Source: the human T2T-CHM13v2.0 reference genome, Homo sapiens. From it: a DNA stretch of 64,000 nt. The stretch lies in the NCBI RefSeq assembly GCF_009914755.1, contig NC_060931.1; one strand, written 5' to 3'. Below the pieces are notes generated by a model. It was not told the DNA's origin, made no database searches, and saw nothing but the letters and a program-made list of their open reading frames with translations. The translations under genes and the position numbers were made by a program. Of this stretch, positions 29,481 to 42,431 are shown piece after piece; the stretch's first letter is position 1, and each line of letters begins with the position of its first letter.

Positions 29481-31606
29481 AATCACATAGTCTCTATAGA
29501 TGAGGAAAATATTTTGAAGACGTTTAAATCAGCAGTGTTACAAAACAGTTTAAATTGACTGATTCAAGTTTCCTTATTAAATTTTTTGCAATAAGGTAAA
29601 AAAATGTGAATAGGTATTATCTATCCATCGTATTTATAAACTGTTGGCTAATTCACCCTAGCAAGCATCTCTCCTCAATTTAAAAATCTGGCTAAGTCAA
29701 GGAAGCATGTTCTCATTAATTAAAAGTCATAAGGCCTAGGCAAGACTATACTGATATAATAATTACAATATTTGACTGCAATTCAATACACATACATAAA
29801 ACAACTATAATGAGTAAAAAAGTTTTAGGTTAAATTCAAACTGTTTTCAGGAGATAGTGCCTAACTGTGCTACATGACATTCTCCATACAAGTCTTCCAA
29901 TGTAACTGTTACTGTTACATGAAGGACAGACAATCCAATTCTTTGGCTAAAAATGGATGTTTGTAATCAAATTTTCCACGGTTATTAGGACTCGAGACTG
30001 TTCTAACACTCAAATGTGGCAGATAAGTCCAAGGTAGTAGGTTGCTTCTAATATTCTCTATATTACAATCTTTTTCATTACATTTCTGCCTCTGCTCATA
30101 AAGTAGAATTCTTAATCCTAGTGGCATACTTTACTTCAACATTGTGAAATATTTTAAGTATAACCTGGCTGGGTTTTTGGCTTCCAGGTTCTTCTACTTT
30201 TCCAGAAGGATCCTTGAACACTGTCATGCCAGCCAAAGCCCAAGAAAAAACATCCTCTATAATACAGTAGAAGAGAGAGGCACTAAACTGGTCAGTGTCA
30301 GTCAGGATTCTTCAGTTTGAAAGATAACAGCTGTTCCCTTCCACACCAGCATAATAAATAAAGAATTCTATGCCCTGGTGTTTTTTTTTTTTTTCCTTTT
30401 TGAAACATCACTTTTGATCTCCTTACAATTTATTATCAGCGATGGCATTTTTGCCTGCAGCAGTTTTTCAGCCAACTCCTGACGTGTGTGCATCCACGCA
30501 GATCTCTGCTCAATCCCTAAAGTCCCTTTTAGAATTGCAGCAGCATGCATACTCCCCACCACACAAAATACGACACGCATACAGGTGGTTATTTCTTGTG
30601 CTGGGTTTCATCTTCAGTACAGGTTAAAAACTCTCAAGGGCACAGCCTTCCTTATCTGCCTCTCAAATTTCCTTTCAAGCATCCTGCACAGTACATTGGT
30701 AAAATCCCGGATGATACATAAATCCTCACTGATTGATTTATAACACACACTTACAGATTGTAAATCCTGCTAAGGAAAGGGTCCTGTCTCGTTGTCTTTG
30801 TAATCCCGGCAATCTGCTAGCTCCTCAGCTCATGGAGCTCACTCATTTTTTAACCTAATAAGCATTTTGAACATTATTAATTTGCAACATTGGACAAGAG
30901 GCTTAAGAACTTTATAGTGACATAATCCTAAGGATATGTCCTTTTCACTAAACACTTTGCTTGTTTGTTTTAAATCAAGAAGACAAATTTCTTCAGAAAA
31001 CAGTGTCTTTAATTAAGAATTTAATGCTAATAATGATAGCTTGTCACACTCTTCCACATAAAGCTCACCCTAGTAAAAATATTGTAAACAAGAGTGTTCT
31101 AATTAAAATAAACAAAGATCCCTCTTTGATCTGGGAATTAAAATAATAAGTACTAAAAACAGCGAAGTACACCAAAATATGGTAACAACTGACATTTTTG
31201 CCTAGCTTCATAAATGTATCACTTTTTAAAGAAATTAACTTTTTTCTGTTCAAAATATTTTATTTTCTGTAGTATTACAGAATTTCTAAGCTTTCTAAGG
31301 GGATATTTTCAAAGAAGCAGTTGCCGTAAATGTTAAAGAAAATCAAAATTAAAACCCAGTAAACAAAAGCTTTCACTTAAACATCAAACTTATCATGCAG
31401 AGAGGAGAAGGGAAGTATTCACAAAAGGAAATATAATATTAAAAAGCTATGTTCTCACTGGTAAAAGACAAGAATTGATGCTATATGAGACTTTAGTAGG
31501 GCTGAAGTCTAAATCTATGAAGGCCATTATCTCAGAATCTAATAAAAGTTGTGCTAAAACAAAAATGTTCCCCTAAGACCTAAGCCACTGGTTATCAAAC
31601 CAGACC

Positions 31607-31907
31607 AGAGGGAGGCAAAGGAGGGAGGAGAGAAAGAAAAGAAAAAAGAGAAGAGAAGAGAGAAAAGAAAAGAGAAGAGAAAGAGAAAAAAAAGAAAAAA
31701 GAGAAGAAAAGAAAAAAGAAAAGGAAAGGAAAGGAAAAGGGAAAGGGAAAGAGAGAAAGAGAAAGAAAAGAAAAAACGTGGGGGAAGAAGGAAGGAAAGG
31801 AGGGAGGGAGGGAGGGGAGGGGAGGGAAGGGCAGGGCAGTAGAGTAGAGAGGAGGCAAGTGAATAAGGGAGGGGGAGAAGGGAGGGAGGAAGGAAAAGAA
31901 GAAGGAA
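31607..31907. repeat. ~300-bp GA-rich polypurine tract
   Basis: (GAAAA)n, (GGAA)n and (GGAG)n mosaic. Confidence 0.95.
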
Positions 31908-31919
31908 GTAAGACAAACC

Positions 31920-32030
31920 TGTTAGGAATGTTAATTCTTAAATCCTATCCCAGACCCACTGAATCCAAAATGCTGGGCTAGGGCCCTCCAGGTAATTCTG
32001 ATGCATGCTAAATTTGAGAACCACTGGCCT
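31920..32030. mobile_element. MER5A fragment
   Basis: ccctccaggtaattctgatgcatgctaaatttgagaaccactg. Confidence 0.75.
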
Positions 32031-32194
32031 ATAGCACATGAACAAAATGAACATATCCAGAAGTGAGGACAGAATATAAAATAAATTTTGCTATAAGTTA
32101 AAGCTCATAAAAAAGTGAACATCCTAATCAAGACAAATATTACATTGATGGAATAATAAAGATTAAAATATAATAAATTACACCTTAATGTCTA

Positions 32195-33228
32195 TTTTTG
32201 GGGGTAACACCTTATTGAAATATAACTCACATGCCATAAAATTAATACATTTAAATTGTACAATTAATGGTTTTAGTATATCACAGAGTTGTGCAACCAT
32301 CATGACCAATTTTAGAATATTTTCATCATCCTAAAAAGAAACCCTACACTTTGGTAAGTCTCCCCTATTGCCCTAGTCTCCAGCATCTACTAATATATTC
32401 TGTATCTCTACAGATGTGCCTGTTCTGGACATTTCATATGAATGGAACCATAATATGTTCTTCTGTGTCTGCATTCCTTCATTTAACTTAATATTTTCAA
32501 GGTTCAGCAATGTCACAGCATGTATCAATACATCATTCCTTTTTCTGACCAAGTAATTTTCTATTATATGAATGGAACATATTCTTTAGCCATTGTTTTT
32601 TCCATTCATCCACCCATTACTGGACGTTTGGGTTGTTTCTACCTTTGGGCTATTATAAGTAACACAGCTATGAACATTTGAGTACAAGTTTTGTTTGGAC
32701 ATATATCTTCATTTCTCTTGGGTACATACCTAGGAGTGGAAATAGCTGGGTCAAATGGTAACTCTATTTTTAACAATTTGAGGAATTGCCAGACTGTTTT
32801 CCAAATTTATTGCACAATGTTGCATTCCCACGAGCGGTATATGAGGGTTCTGCTTTCTCCATATCCACCCCAACACTTGCTAGTATCTGAATTTTTTACT
32901 CTAGCCATCTTAGAGGGTGTGAGGTGGTATCTCATTTGGGTTTTGATTTGCATTTCCCTGATGACTAATGATGTCAGGCATCTTTTCATGTGCATGTTGG
33001 CCATTTGTATATCTTCCCTGGAATAAGTCTATTCAGATCCCTTGTTCGTTTCTAAATTGGATCATTTTTCTTATTATTGAGCTGTAAGAATTCTTTATAT
33101 GTTCTAGATATAAGTCTTTTATCAGATATAAGATTGGCAAATATGATTGGCAAATATTTCTTCCCATTCTCTGGGTTTCCTTTCACTTTCTTGATAGCAA
33201 TCTTTGAAACACAAAATGTTTACTTTTT
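32195..33228 (-). mobile_element. L1MB-type 3' region
   Basis: ORF 32807-33004 ([24 protein letters not shown]) is the L1 ORF2 C-terminus, followed by an L1MB-like 3' UTR. Confidence 0.88.
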
Positions 33229-34064
33229 AAAAAATATGAAAAAAAGCCAAATTAAAAAAAAACAAAGAAAAAGATACAACAAAAACAAACCAAAAAAAAC
33301 AAAAACAAAAAACAAAAAATACAGAAAAAAGTTTACTTTTTTAATGTTTCCTGAAAAATACTGGTTTTCAATTCACTATACAATGCTAAGTGTAATTTTT
33401 CATTAAGATGCTGGATATTAACATATAGAAACTTACGGGTTTTGCGGTGGACAGTTTATTGGAAACACTGTTCATGTTACAGAGCTATGGCATACAACCA
33501 CCACTTGGTGGCAGTTAACTGCCAAAAGAGTATTACGAATAAGTTACCTGAATGTAAAAGTCAATGGTTCTGTGACAATCTTGCCATTATCTATATTAAT
33601 TAATCACTTCCACTGCATGGATAATCAGAAATACAGAGAAACACAAAATAAAGAGTCCATCTGCTTTCCACGGAAACACTTTAAAAATACTGTATACACT
33701 ACAAGGATAATTTCCCTTGAGATACAACATGCAGAGAGCTCCCATGCTATAAGGGACTCAAGGAAGCAATGCAATGATATTCTGGAAAAAAAAAAAAAAC
33801 TGGTTGTAGAAGTCTTTAAATTTTAGAAGAAAAGTAAACATTGAAGAAAAAAAAAACTTGTTTATGTGCTCACCGAAAAAAAGGAGGGGGGGATCAAATT
33901 GAAGTAGCCAGTAGACATCAGACCAATTTTCCTCAAATGGAAAACGTAGAACATGAAGTCACAGTAAATAAATGGGCATAAGCAGGCAGACAGGCAGGCT
34001 GCCAGACACACAGAAAGAAGTGCGGGCAGGCAGAAAAACAGAAATGTACAAGTAACAGAGATTA

Positions 34065-34420
34065 CAAGAGCTAGGAATGCTGATCTCATGGAGGTAGTGA
34101 GTAGAAGGATAGTAACCAGAGGCTGGGAAGGCTATGGCACAGGCAGATGAAGAGAGGCTGGTTAATGGGTACAAACATAAAGTTAGATAGAAAGAATAAG
34201 TTTTAGTATTCAATAGCACAGTAGTGTAACTACAGTTAACAATAATATATATTTCAAAACAGAAGATCTGAAGTGTTCCCAACACAGAGAAATGATACAT
34301 GTTTGAGACAATGGATATGCTAAATACTCTGATTGGATCATGACACACTGTAGGCATATATCAAATATCACATGTACCACATAAACATGTACAACTAATA
34401 TGCATCAATTTAAATATTTT
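34065..34420 (+). mobile_element. L1MA 3' end
   Basis: gatctcatggaggtagtgagtagaagg...ggttaatgggtacaaacat...atcacatgtacc. Confidence 0.85.
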
Positions 34421-35039
34421 CTTTAGAAAGAGATTCTCTTCTTCAACACAATCTCCAACGGCGCACAACATGCAAGGTGCTATACGAAGCACCAACATAA
34501 AGAGAGAGAAGCCAAAGACTTTATGCTCAGTCTACCTGTGAAGACACACATATATGAGTAAGGATGGGAAAGAAATTTCAAATATAAATTGTAAACACTT
34601 CTTAAAGCCTAAGGAAGCTGGATGTCACGCTCTAGGAAATGTTTACACCTGCAAAGCTTCTGAACTGAGAGAACAAGAACATAGACAAATGAATCTAAAA
34701 GGTAACGTGCAGCATAAATGTAACTGGAAAATAATCAGAAGCAGACAACTCAGAGAACAGCTGAAATAGGACAGAATTAGCATCAAGAAGAGATTAGTTT
34801 AGGTAGGAAGTAAAAATGGATGAGAACAATATGAAAACACTGTAAAGAAAAACTTGACAATAGTTGATCATACCCATAAGGATGAAAAAAAAATAAGGAA
34901 GTCGTGGGTTAAAAATAGCTCCACAGAGTGAGCCTTAGTGAATAAAAAAGGAGGTAAGTCCACCGAAGTTCTGATTTTAAGACAAAGATGTGGTTTCAAA
35001 TGTGTCAGGTAAGAGACTTACATAGAAATATCCAGTAGA

Positions 35040-35337
35040 GGCCAGGCATGGTGGCTCATGCCTGTATTCCCAGCACTTTGGGAGGCTGAGCAGGAGGATC
35101 ACTTGAGGTCAGGAGTTCAAGACCAGCCTGGCCAACATGGTGAAACCCTGTCTCTACTAAAAATACAAAAATTAGCCGGGCGTGGTGGTGCACACCTGTA
35201 GTCCCAGCTACTCAGGAGGCTGAGGCAAGAGAATCATGTGAACCTGGGAGGCAGAGGCTGCAGTGAGCCAAGATCGCGCCACTGCCCTCCAGCCTGGGTA
35301 ACAGTGTGAAGCTCCATCTCAAAAAAAGAAAAAAGAA
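35040..35337 (+). mobile_element. AluS
   Basis: Full dimer; degenerate TSD agaaatatccagtaga / agaaatatgcggtaga. Confidence 0.93.
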
Positions 35338-35778
35338 ATATGCGGTAGAGAGCATATTTCAGGCTAAGAATAATAGAGTTAATATCAGTTTAGCAATTTG
35401 AAAACAAATAAATCTTAATCCAATATTCAAAGTAAACAGCCAAAACAATTCTATTAAATGTAGTCCCCTATGGAAAACTTCCGTACTGTTTTAATTAAAA
35501 TTACCTATTGCTATTCTCCAGGCACAGTTATAAAGCAAAACTTAGATGGGCTTGTAGGGTGGGAGGGAGAGAGGGGATACAGAGTTAAAAAGTACCAGTT
35601 TATATATGGAATATAGGTAGCAAAAGGAATTGGAAGCAGACAAAAGCTGAAGGGAAAAATAAATGTAGCCTCAATTTCTGACATTAATGTGGCCATTTAA
35701 AAGCTTAATTATTGCTTATAATCTATGTCTGTGCTGTATTAATAAATTTAAATCTCATGAAATATAAATCTTCACTTT

Positions 35779-35874
35779 TTTTTTTTTTTTTGAGACAGTC
35801 TTGTCCCTTCACCCAAGCTGGAGTGCAATGGCGCAATCTCAGCTCACTGCGACCTCTACCTCCTAGGTTCTAGC
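35779..35874 (-). mobile_element. Severely 5'-truncated Alu
   Basis: Last ~83 nt of Alu plus poly(T). Perfect 15-bp TSD ataaatcttcacttt (35764-78, 35875-89). Confidence 0.9.
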
Positions 35875-37937
35875 ATAAATCTTCACTTTATTTGCTACTA
35901 TATAATGCTTATCTCCAAAAGCTCAAAAGAACATTATTGCCTTTACCTTTATAAAATTTATATAGGAAAGACTCCATTTCCTGAGAAAATAAAGTTAGGA
36001 GAAATTTAGTTTTTTCCAAAATTAGAAAATGGTCCTTAATTTATCTGGATTTGGAATTGTTGTTGTTGTTGTTTTGGCATATTGAAAGATACCTGTATTT
36101 TACAATATTCCACATAGTTAGATAACAGACTTAAATAAATACTTTAAATTAAATACTCATAAAGAATACTATTCTTTCCAATTCTTTAATTTCCTTCAGT
36201 TGTTATATTTTTAACATAATAGTTATTAGTGTATTTTTAAAAGAAAGTTTCAAATAGCTAGCTTAAACATTAAAAATACCATCTTCATCTATTACATTAT
36301 CTAAGGTGCTAACATTTTAATCATTCCAAATAACACTGATAGTAGATAAAATGTGCAAAAAAATCATACAAACTTTGAAGAAATTAATCAAAAACAACCC
36401 ATTCCATAAGTTAAAAAAATAAAAACACATCTGTTTACCAATGCTTTAAGAAGACAAAATAGTGATAAGTATGTTGATTATTTTGGAGAAATGTTTTCTC
36501 TCACTTTTTGTTACGGCACCAAAACTGAAAAGAAAATGGGCTATTTGGTGAGTTCAAATAAAGATAATGGCGGCACCCAATTAAGTAATCAAGTATAACA
36601 ACCACCTAATTTTATGTAACAACACAGTAGTCAGATACCATCCAAAGACTGTCTTAACACAGTCACACTGGAGGAGATCATATACACACACACACACACA
36701 TAAATACACACGAGATGACATTAAGACAGGATTACTTTTGGCTGGAGGAAGAAATGGGTGAAGCTTGGTGAAGGGAAAAAACAGAAATGAGCAACCTGAG
36801 TGTGTAAACATTTTGCAGAATCCAAGTGGCTTCTTTTACCTCCATTGATCATCTGTCATTTCTGGAGAACCAAATACTACTAGGCACAAAGTATCTCAAC
36901 TGGCACTCTTCCAGAGAGTAAAAGTGTGACCTGATTAGAAATTAGAAGTTTGTAGGAAACTATAAGGTAATATTTGATCAGGGCAGTCACATCTTTAAGC
37001 AGATGAGGAAAGCCTAATCAGAATGATGGGTTATTCTCTGGGAAATATCCTGATACTAACATGGCGAAGTGGGTCTCACAAGGCAGGTCTCACAGGCTCA
37101 GAAGAGGCACAAATCACAGGTTATAGTACCATCAGCCCTACTAGTACAAGTCTTTCACATCTCCTTTATTAGTACCTAGCATTTAACTCACAGGCACACA
37201 TGAGACTGGGTGGAAAAGAGAACGGAAAGAAAGATAGTCTCAATAATTTATTAACAAGGATGATGCAGTATAGTAACAAAAAAGAATGACTTCAAAAAAT
37301 AAAAAAAGTTAAAAAATAGAGGAAAAGAAAGAGCAAGGGAAAGAAATATAGTAGTCAGTAAAAAATAAGCCTCTGGAGGAAAAATACAGCCTCCAGGTAT
37401 ACATCAAAATGCTTCCCAGCATCTTCAGGAAGTTCTGATGTCCAGTATTGGAAAATCTCAATATAAGGTAACATTCATTTCCATTAATATGACATTTTTC
37501 TAAACATATATGCTTGAAGACTACAGGTGACAGCACTTCAAAAATTATTATTCAAGACAGAAAAAAAGCACAGGCAATGACAGAAAGTTCAGTGATAAAT
37601 ATTCTTCTGTATACATTTTAAGTTAATTTAGTTTTATAATTTCTTCATTCCACAGTTAACCTGTTATCTCTATAATCTTTTCTCATTCATTTTGCTGACA
37701 TATTTATTATGTTTGCTTGAGTTGCAGAATTATGCAGGTATCATTCATTAAATAAAAGGACAGAAGTTTAATTATTTATGACTTTGGCTTTTATTTGAAA
37801 TACTCTTTAAATTTACTAAGGTAAATACTATCCATGTGCTATAACTTATAATTATCTTTTCATTTTGATTCAAAACTGAAAATAAGACCAGTGAAATTAT
37901 AATTAGTTCAATGTTCAAGATAAAAAAGGTAGACATT

Positions 37938-38231
<294 letters not shown>

Positions 38232-38239
38232 TCATCAGC

Positions 38240-38752
38240 TGATATGGTTTGGCTGTGTCCCCACCCAAATCTTATCTTGAATTGTCACTCCCATAATTCC
38301 CACCTATTGTGGGAATTAATTTTATCATGGGGTAGGTCTTTTCCATGCTGTTATCATGATAGTAACTCTCATGAGAGCTGATGGTTTTATAAAGGGAAGC
38401 TCCCCTGCACACACTCTCTTTGCCTGCCACCATTTAAGACGTGACGACTTTGTTCCTCCTTTGCCTTCTGCCAGGATTGTGAACCATGTGGTACCGCATG
38501 TCAATTAAACCTCTTTCATTTATAAATTACCCAGTCTCAGGTATGTCTTTATTAGCAGTGTGAGAATGAACTAATACAGTAAGTTGGTACCAGGAATGTG
38601 GTGTTGCCGTAAAGATACCCGAAAATGTGGAAGCAACTTTGGAACAGAGGTCGGAATAGTTTGGAGAGCTCAGAATTTGTAATGGGGTAAACATCGCTCT
38701 TGCTATGCAAAGAAACTGGTGGCATTTTGCCCTTGCCCTAGAGACTAATACC
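38240..38752 (+). mobile_element. THE1 MaLR: LTR, deleted internal region and 3' LTR tip
   Basis: tgatatggtttggctgtgtccccacccaaatc...ctaataca, then internal gtaagttggtaccagg..., ending in gactaatacc. Flanks tcagc/tcaac. Confidence 0.85.
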
Positions 38753-39808
38753 TCAACAGTGTATGATAACATAAAATTGGTTAAAAGGGACACAAAATGC
38801 TCATCAGTAGGATAAAGTAAGTCTTACATTAATAATAAATTGGAATGCTGACAAAATTGTTCCAGGTATTACAATGAAATAGATATATCTGTTAAGTAAT
38901 ATGTAATCACTTCCAGTTTGTTTAAACATGTGTTTAACAAGTATCAAAATCCTCACAAAAAGTATCGAAAGTTCCTTACATAATAAGCACTATATAAAAA
39001 CATAATTGAAACCCACTCCAATGGCAAAAGATCCTGAAGTACCAAGGTTAATACTCAGGATTTGAAGACTCATTAGTGCAGAGATAGAATAAATAAAAGA
39101 GAATGAACTGAATCTTTACCAAATTTTTAAATACTGATTTGGGAGTTTGACATTTATGATTTATGACTTCTAAAAGTAGAGTTAGCAGAAAAATTTCTAC
39201 TTTGCTAAGATACACAGTTTATCAAGACTGCTAGGATACAGGTATTGTATCACCTAATCCTCCCTTCACTGGAAGTCAGAAGCTTAAACACCACATGTGC
39301 CTAATAAAGAATAAAATACAAAATGCAAAATACAAAAATATCTTAGCCACAAATTTTTATTAAACTGGATGAATGAGAAAAGAAAGAATGCCTCCAATTA
39401 CTGTGAAAGCCTCAGGATTCTACTTTGCTATGGTAGTTCACAGTTGCATTCTCATGGAAATATAAAGGATGTTATATTTCATTTTCTACGAGTAGAACCT
39501 CACAACCATTTCTATCATCTAGAAAATGATATAAAAATCATTTTCTACAAGTAGACCCTCACAACCCCATTTAATGAAACATAAAGTAACGCAGCCATAG
39601 CCTTTAATACTGTTAAGTATAAAAATATTGCTTCTCTCTTCTTTTAAAAAAGTTTGCACATGCTTCCTGTTTATTTTCCCCTCATAGAAGAAAGAAGTGT
39701 TGCTTCTTTAAAACTAGAAAGCAGATATACATAGGTTTTTTAATATACATTGAGAAGATCAATAGCTCACCTCTTCAAAAAAATGTTAAGAAATTATTAA
39801 AGCATGCG

Positions 39809-40029
39809 AACAATTCTGCAATCATTGGATAGAAAATCCTAGTTTTAGACAAAACAATTCTGCTATCATTGGATAAAAAAATCCTAGTTTTGGACAAAAC
39901 AATTTTGCTATCATTGGATAGAAAATCCTAGTTTTAGACTGAACAATTACGCCATCATTGGATAGAAAATCCTAGTTTTAGACTGAACAATTACGCCATC
40001 ATTGGATAGAAAATACTAGTTTTAGACTA
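39809..40029. repeat. Minisatellite, 5 x 44 bp
   Basis: Units start at 39809, 39853 (45 bp), 39898, 39942 and 39986. Unit is approximately aacaattctgctatcattggatagaaaatcctagttttagacaa. Confidence 0.95.
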
Positions 40030-42104
40030 ATCTATAGCCAAAAAATGCACTTTTGCTTTGTTCTGTAAGACAAGATAAAAAGGGCACAAATGAAAGTTCT
40101 CGAGGCCTCTGCTAAAAACTCCCCATAAAAACTAGAAAGAGCATTCTGATTGTAATATTATAAAATATTCCTATTTCACTTCCAACTATAAAAATGGTAT
40201 TTTATTTAACCAGCAAGAGTTTTAGAACACAGTATTTAGAGGCCTATTGAATGTTATAGTTGAATGCATACCATCTCATGAAGGTCTTTGATTCAATAAC
40301 AATTGAGATTAATACAATAAAAAGCAAGGAAAAACAAAACCAATAGACCTACCTAAATAATCAAAGCAAAGGAGAGTCTGGCAAATTTAAGCATATGGAC
40401 ATGGATAAGCCATATGGATAACTGAAACCAATCAAAACAATTGGGTTAAATAAATATGGTTAAGTTGGCATATTTATATTTCCCAAGATCCTAAATTTGC
40501 TTTCAGTGAACACTCACATCCGTGCTCCTCTAAGTTTCAGTTTATATTTCTTTTTTTCTTCTCTCTAAGATGACAGACCCAGCCTACTTGCAAGCAGTTC
40601 CAAGATGATGCCCCTGTTTTTATTCCTGCAGTGTTTTACATGCTATTGAATGTAAACAAGGCACAATGCAACGAAGCATGATTAACTGCAACTGAAAACC
40701 CAGGAAAAAGACTGAAATTACTGAAGGCATCATTATGAACGAGATGTAAAAAGTAACCATAAAGCAAAAAGTCCGGCTTGGATTTGTAACTAGTTACAAT
40801 TAATAAGTTCAATAAATATTTGTCCAATGAGTGATCCAGGCTGGTAATGATACATACATTTTAAATATAGTATTATCATTCCTTTTTTAAAATAACCAAA
40901 CATTGCTGGCAATGGAAAAAAAAATCAGCTGTATCTTATCTGTCCCCTAAGGTCTCCTCTTCTGAACTCTCAAGAACAACTCTCATCACTGAGTAAATCA
41001 CAGTACTTCTCCACAATACCTCAACGGAGAACAAGAGGGAGGGCACATTTTGGACACTTCAAGGTAAAAATCACAAACAATTTTCCTTTAGTGACAGAAT
41101 CTTAATTTCAAAAACTGAGATATTCTGGATGATTCTCCACTAACTTCTACTATAACTTTGGAATGTGTTTTAAACACTCACCATTTATATCTAGATGAAT
41201 TTAAATGTAAAGGTAAAAATTTCAAAGTAAAATACTTCATAATATTAAATTCTTTCTTACATTAATTATGTTTTCTTGGAGAGTAGATAGCCACCATCAC
41301 GGATATTTTTCCCCTTTTACTATCTAAGTTGTAGGGAAAGAAAAAGAGAGACAGATGAAGACTGGTAACTTTGAAAAGATATGACATTTGATGAGTATAT
41401 CTTGGCTGATTTCACTGACCTAATTTATATACCATCCTTAGACAGTATGAGGAATTTTTTTTCACGAAGGACAAGCCAATGAGTCTATTCACTTCATAAA
41501 ACTCAAATTTTTATATTTATATTTGCATTAACATGGCAGGAGTTAGGGGGAAAATGTAGGTTGTTTTTCTAATGAAGATATTCAAAAGGAAGTCACGTAT
41601 TTTAAATATTTTTATTAAAGGTCTATATATATGTTCCCACGTTAAAAACTCAAAATATAAAAACAAAAAAATAACAGTATGCATGGCAGCAACCCTTCTT
41701 TTATAAAAATATACAAATCTTTGTCTAAAAGCTACTGTGCCCCACATCTAAAACCTCCTTTCCCTCAGTGATCATACCTAGTACTGAAAGAGTTTTACTA
41801 ACTCTTTAAATTACAGTTGCCAGTGGTGGCAACTGTAATCTCTTATTTACCATTCTGTGAACAAATCTAGGGCAATGGGGCTGGCTATCATACTACAAGC
41901 CGACTACATCCTATAAAGGAGCAGGTTGGCCTCACTGTGCAATGACCTACAGAACACCTTCATTAAAGTTTATGATAGTCCCAAAGTAATTCAATGAATC
42001 CTAATTGATGTTTTACAAGAAAAGCAAATTCTCATCTACATAAAGGTTAATAGATTGATGCCCAAATAACCATAGATAGGTGAGTTATTTAAATTTCCAC
42101 TTTA

Positions 42105-42431
<327 letters not shown>

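Noticed and set aside
31554-31981. F/S/L-rich and G/E/R-rich ORFs
   Set aside because: They are translations of the GA low-complexity tract.
39809-40029. Regularly spaced repeats resembling a CRISPR array
   Set aside because: Units are head-to-tail with no unique spacers, there are no cas genes, and the DNA is primate.
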